64,000 nt of DNA from Psilocybe cubensis (taxonomy: Eukaryota), in the NCBI GenBank assembly GCA_017499595.2, contig CM039009.1:1922001-1986000 (forward strand). The letters run 5' to 3'. The stretch's first letter is position 1, and every line of letters begins with the position of its first letter. A model generated the notes under the pieces. The model saw only the letters and a program-made list of their open reading frames with translations, did no database searches and had not been told where the DNA came from. Of this stretch, positions 61,700-64,000 are shown in pieces. The position numbers and the translations under genes are program-made.

Positions 61700-64000
61700 G
61701 TGAGACGTTGAAGTTTTGTAGTGCAAGCCCAGAAGATTTCCCCCGTTGCCCGACTCCAAGCTGAAGAAATTCTGGCGTTTCCCTTCGAAACGCAGGTCGT
61801 TCGTCAGACTCTGGAAAACATGTTGCCAGAGTCGCACCCACTCCGCGTAGGTCTTAATTGGATTGCCATTTATGGTACTAATATCAAGTTTCTGTAGAGG
61901 ATGGTGGATTTCCTCCGACGATATGAGGACTTCACCTTTTTGAATTACGATGTTTCATCATCGAGCATGCGAGCGGCCATCAAGTATAGGCAAAGCTTGG
62001 CTGCCCTTCAGAACAGCATCGTAGAGACACCCTGCGTAACCTCGGCTACATGGGAGCAGGCGGGTAGCTTATTTGCAGCATACCGTCTACTCGATCTCGT
62101 AGCGTTGTGGCCAGCAGCCTTTGGACCATCGTTGCCGGTGACCGTGCCCCTGAATGAAATACAGGCCAGCACAGGAACTAAGGAAATATTTTCACGGTTC
62201 AAGGTATGCGATCATGAAGTCACTCAATGTTAATTCTTAATTTTCAAACAATTATTGTAGCTTGTAGATGACTTGAAGGACTGGCCGGCAATGCTCTGCT
62301 CTGCCAGGAAGCGCATCCTCAGAGCCGACTCTAAGTCGCACAGAAACATCAACACCCCTTCTATCAGTGACACGCCGTCATCCGCTTTCACCCAGGGCGG
62401 GCCCTCGGAATCAACGCTATTACTCTGTCTGGCGCGTAACCACTTCAAGGGTGTTGTGGGGAAAATAATCGGGAATGTGTACTGCGCCTCGCTACACTAC
62501 CAAATCTTGTCAGGAATGCGCGGTATGAAGGACGATGAACACGTTCTACCAGACATTCCAACGGACACGGCTACTCTTGCAAATCTCTAGTAAGTTTTCT
62601 TTCCTCTATTCATTGATACAATCTGCTCAACATACCCTAGTGCAAGCGGCCATCCTGATGCTGCGTTGTTCCTCTCAGAGGTCACGCCATCTCATTTAAA
62701 AATTCCTCTGCATGTCGCCCTTTTCATATCCCCCATCCTTCTTTTTGTGAATAAATCTTGGTATTCTAAGAAATGTGACCGGGAGCAGCTGCTTAAAGTA
62801 GGTGTATCCACATCCTCCCAGTTTAACTTGGATTAACGCACTCCTTTAGGCCTCAAAAGCGCTCGGTAATTGTCGCCCCCGTGTTCTGCGTGAAGTGGAG
62901 ATGGAAATTTGGAAAATCATTGCAGCGCAAAATTGCGACATCCAGTCAGCCTTATATAAACTTGTTATCTCAGACTGCTGGATGGAATGCGAGCGGGTAA
63001 TTGCACAAGATCCCGCGTTTCACTTTTTCATATGTGTGTTCTACGTACTGTAACAAAATAACAATTTAAACTAATAATTGGCCAGCGTCAACGAGCAGCG
63101 CCGAGGTTACAGCAAATTTTAACCTAGCAAGGCGCAGCACTGAACCACACGGTAAGTTATAAGCAAAGTCTGCGTCAATTACATGATTTAAATCCGTTTA
63201 AAACAGCTCAACTTCAGACCGTTTCCCATCATGGTGAAAAAACCACCTGTGAAGGGTCCGACGCAGACGCGGAGGGTGACGATGATCACGAAGTGGACAC
63301 GACAGAAATGGTCAGCATGGGTCAACGGGAGAACGGGGACAATACGGTCCCTACCTCAAATATACAGCCTCCGGAAGACACGTCTTCAGTGGCTGGCAAG
63401 GATGTCAGCATGGGTCAACAGGAGAACGGGGACAATACGGTCCCTACCTCAGATATACAGCCTCCGGAAGACACATCTTCGGTGGCTGGCAAGGATGTGC
63501 CCACGGACGAGCAACCTGGTTTGCCGCGGAGTGATGATATTGGATCTGGTCTACTTCAGACTGAGAATACTGGGCCCTCATCTGCAGGGGATTGTGAGAT
63601 GAACGTCGATCCGGAGCAAGCTGATGTCGACCATCAAATGGAGGATGGTCCACATACCAATGGTCCAGAAAATTTGGGAGATGGCGGGCTGGACAAGGAG
63701 CTGAAGGGTCTTCTGACGAGGCAAATCGTATGTCGGAAGTTCACGAGGGCGAAAAGCAGGGGCAAGACGGAGAACGACCCGACGAGGAGAACCGAATGTC
63801 AGAAGATGGTGAGGAGGAAAGGCCAGACGACAGTTCGTCGGACAATGAGACCGAGAAGCAGGGGCAAGGGGATGTTCCACCAGTCCAGGAGGACAGAATG
63901 TCGGTCGATGGAGAGGGGGTAGGCCCAGAGCAAAACAATGATTCCTCAGACATGGAGAGGAATACATTGGAAGACAGCCAAGGCGAAAAGGAGGGGGAGA
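61700..64000 (+). CDS. Multi-exon hypothetical protein with an acidic repeat region (start uncertain, runs off the window)
   Basis: Series of ORF segments separated by ~50-nt GT-AG introns; 93-bp tandem duplication at 63311-63496; apparent frameshift at ~63690. Confidence 0.55.

Larger units (their letters stand above)
54693..64000. mobile_element. Putative large DNA element inserted in Gypsy 2 (right end outside the window)
   Basis: Abrupt junction starting CATCAGC; subterminal short repeats; three intron-containing genes; no transposase seen in the window. Confidence 0.55.

Overview
Intron-rich fungal genomic DNA, Agaricomycete-like by intron size, gene families and transposon types. The left part holds a GH5 glycoside hydrolase and a UCH37/BAP1-family deubiquitinase (divergent pair), a disrupted membrane-protein gene carrying a 1.55-kb TIR element, a 5'-truncated DUF1524/HNH nuclease and a VIT-VWA gene. 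Four dispersed copies of a repeat family (here 'family R') look like a TATA-driven, multi-intron, non-coding, highly structured transcript. Two tandem pairs of covarying microRNA-precursor-like hairpins lie nearby. A complete KDZ DNA transposon (27872-47081; CA..TG ends, 7-bp TSD, ~530-bp inner TIRs) is inserted in one R copy and carries CxC2-KDZ transposase, TET/JBP dioxygenase, HMG-like and two further genes. Its transposase is split by a recent, intact, self-priming Ty3/Gypsy chromovirus in which I found no CpG over 6.4 kb. A second, decayed Gypsy element is cut at ~54693 by another putative DNA element that carries a DUF6532-like gene, an Spt5-like (NGN+KOW) gene and a perfect 201-bp palindrome, and runs off the window. 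All calls are by eye; no searches were run.
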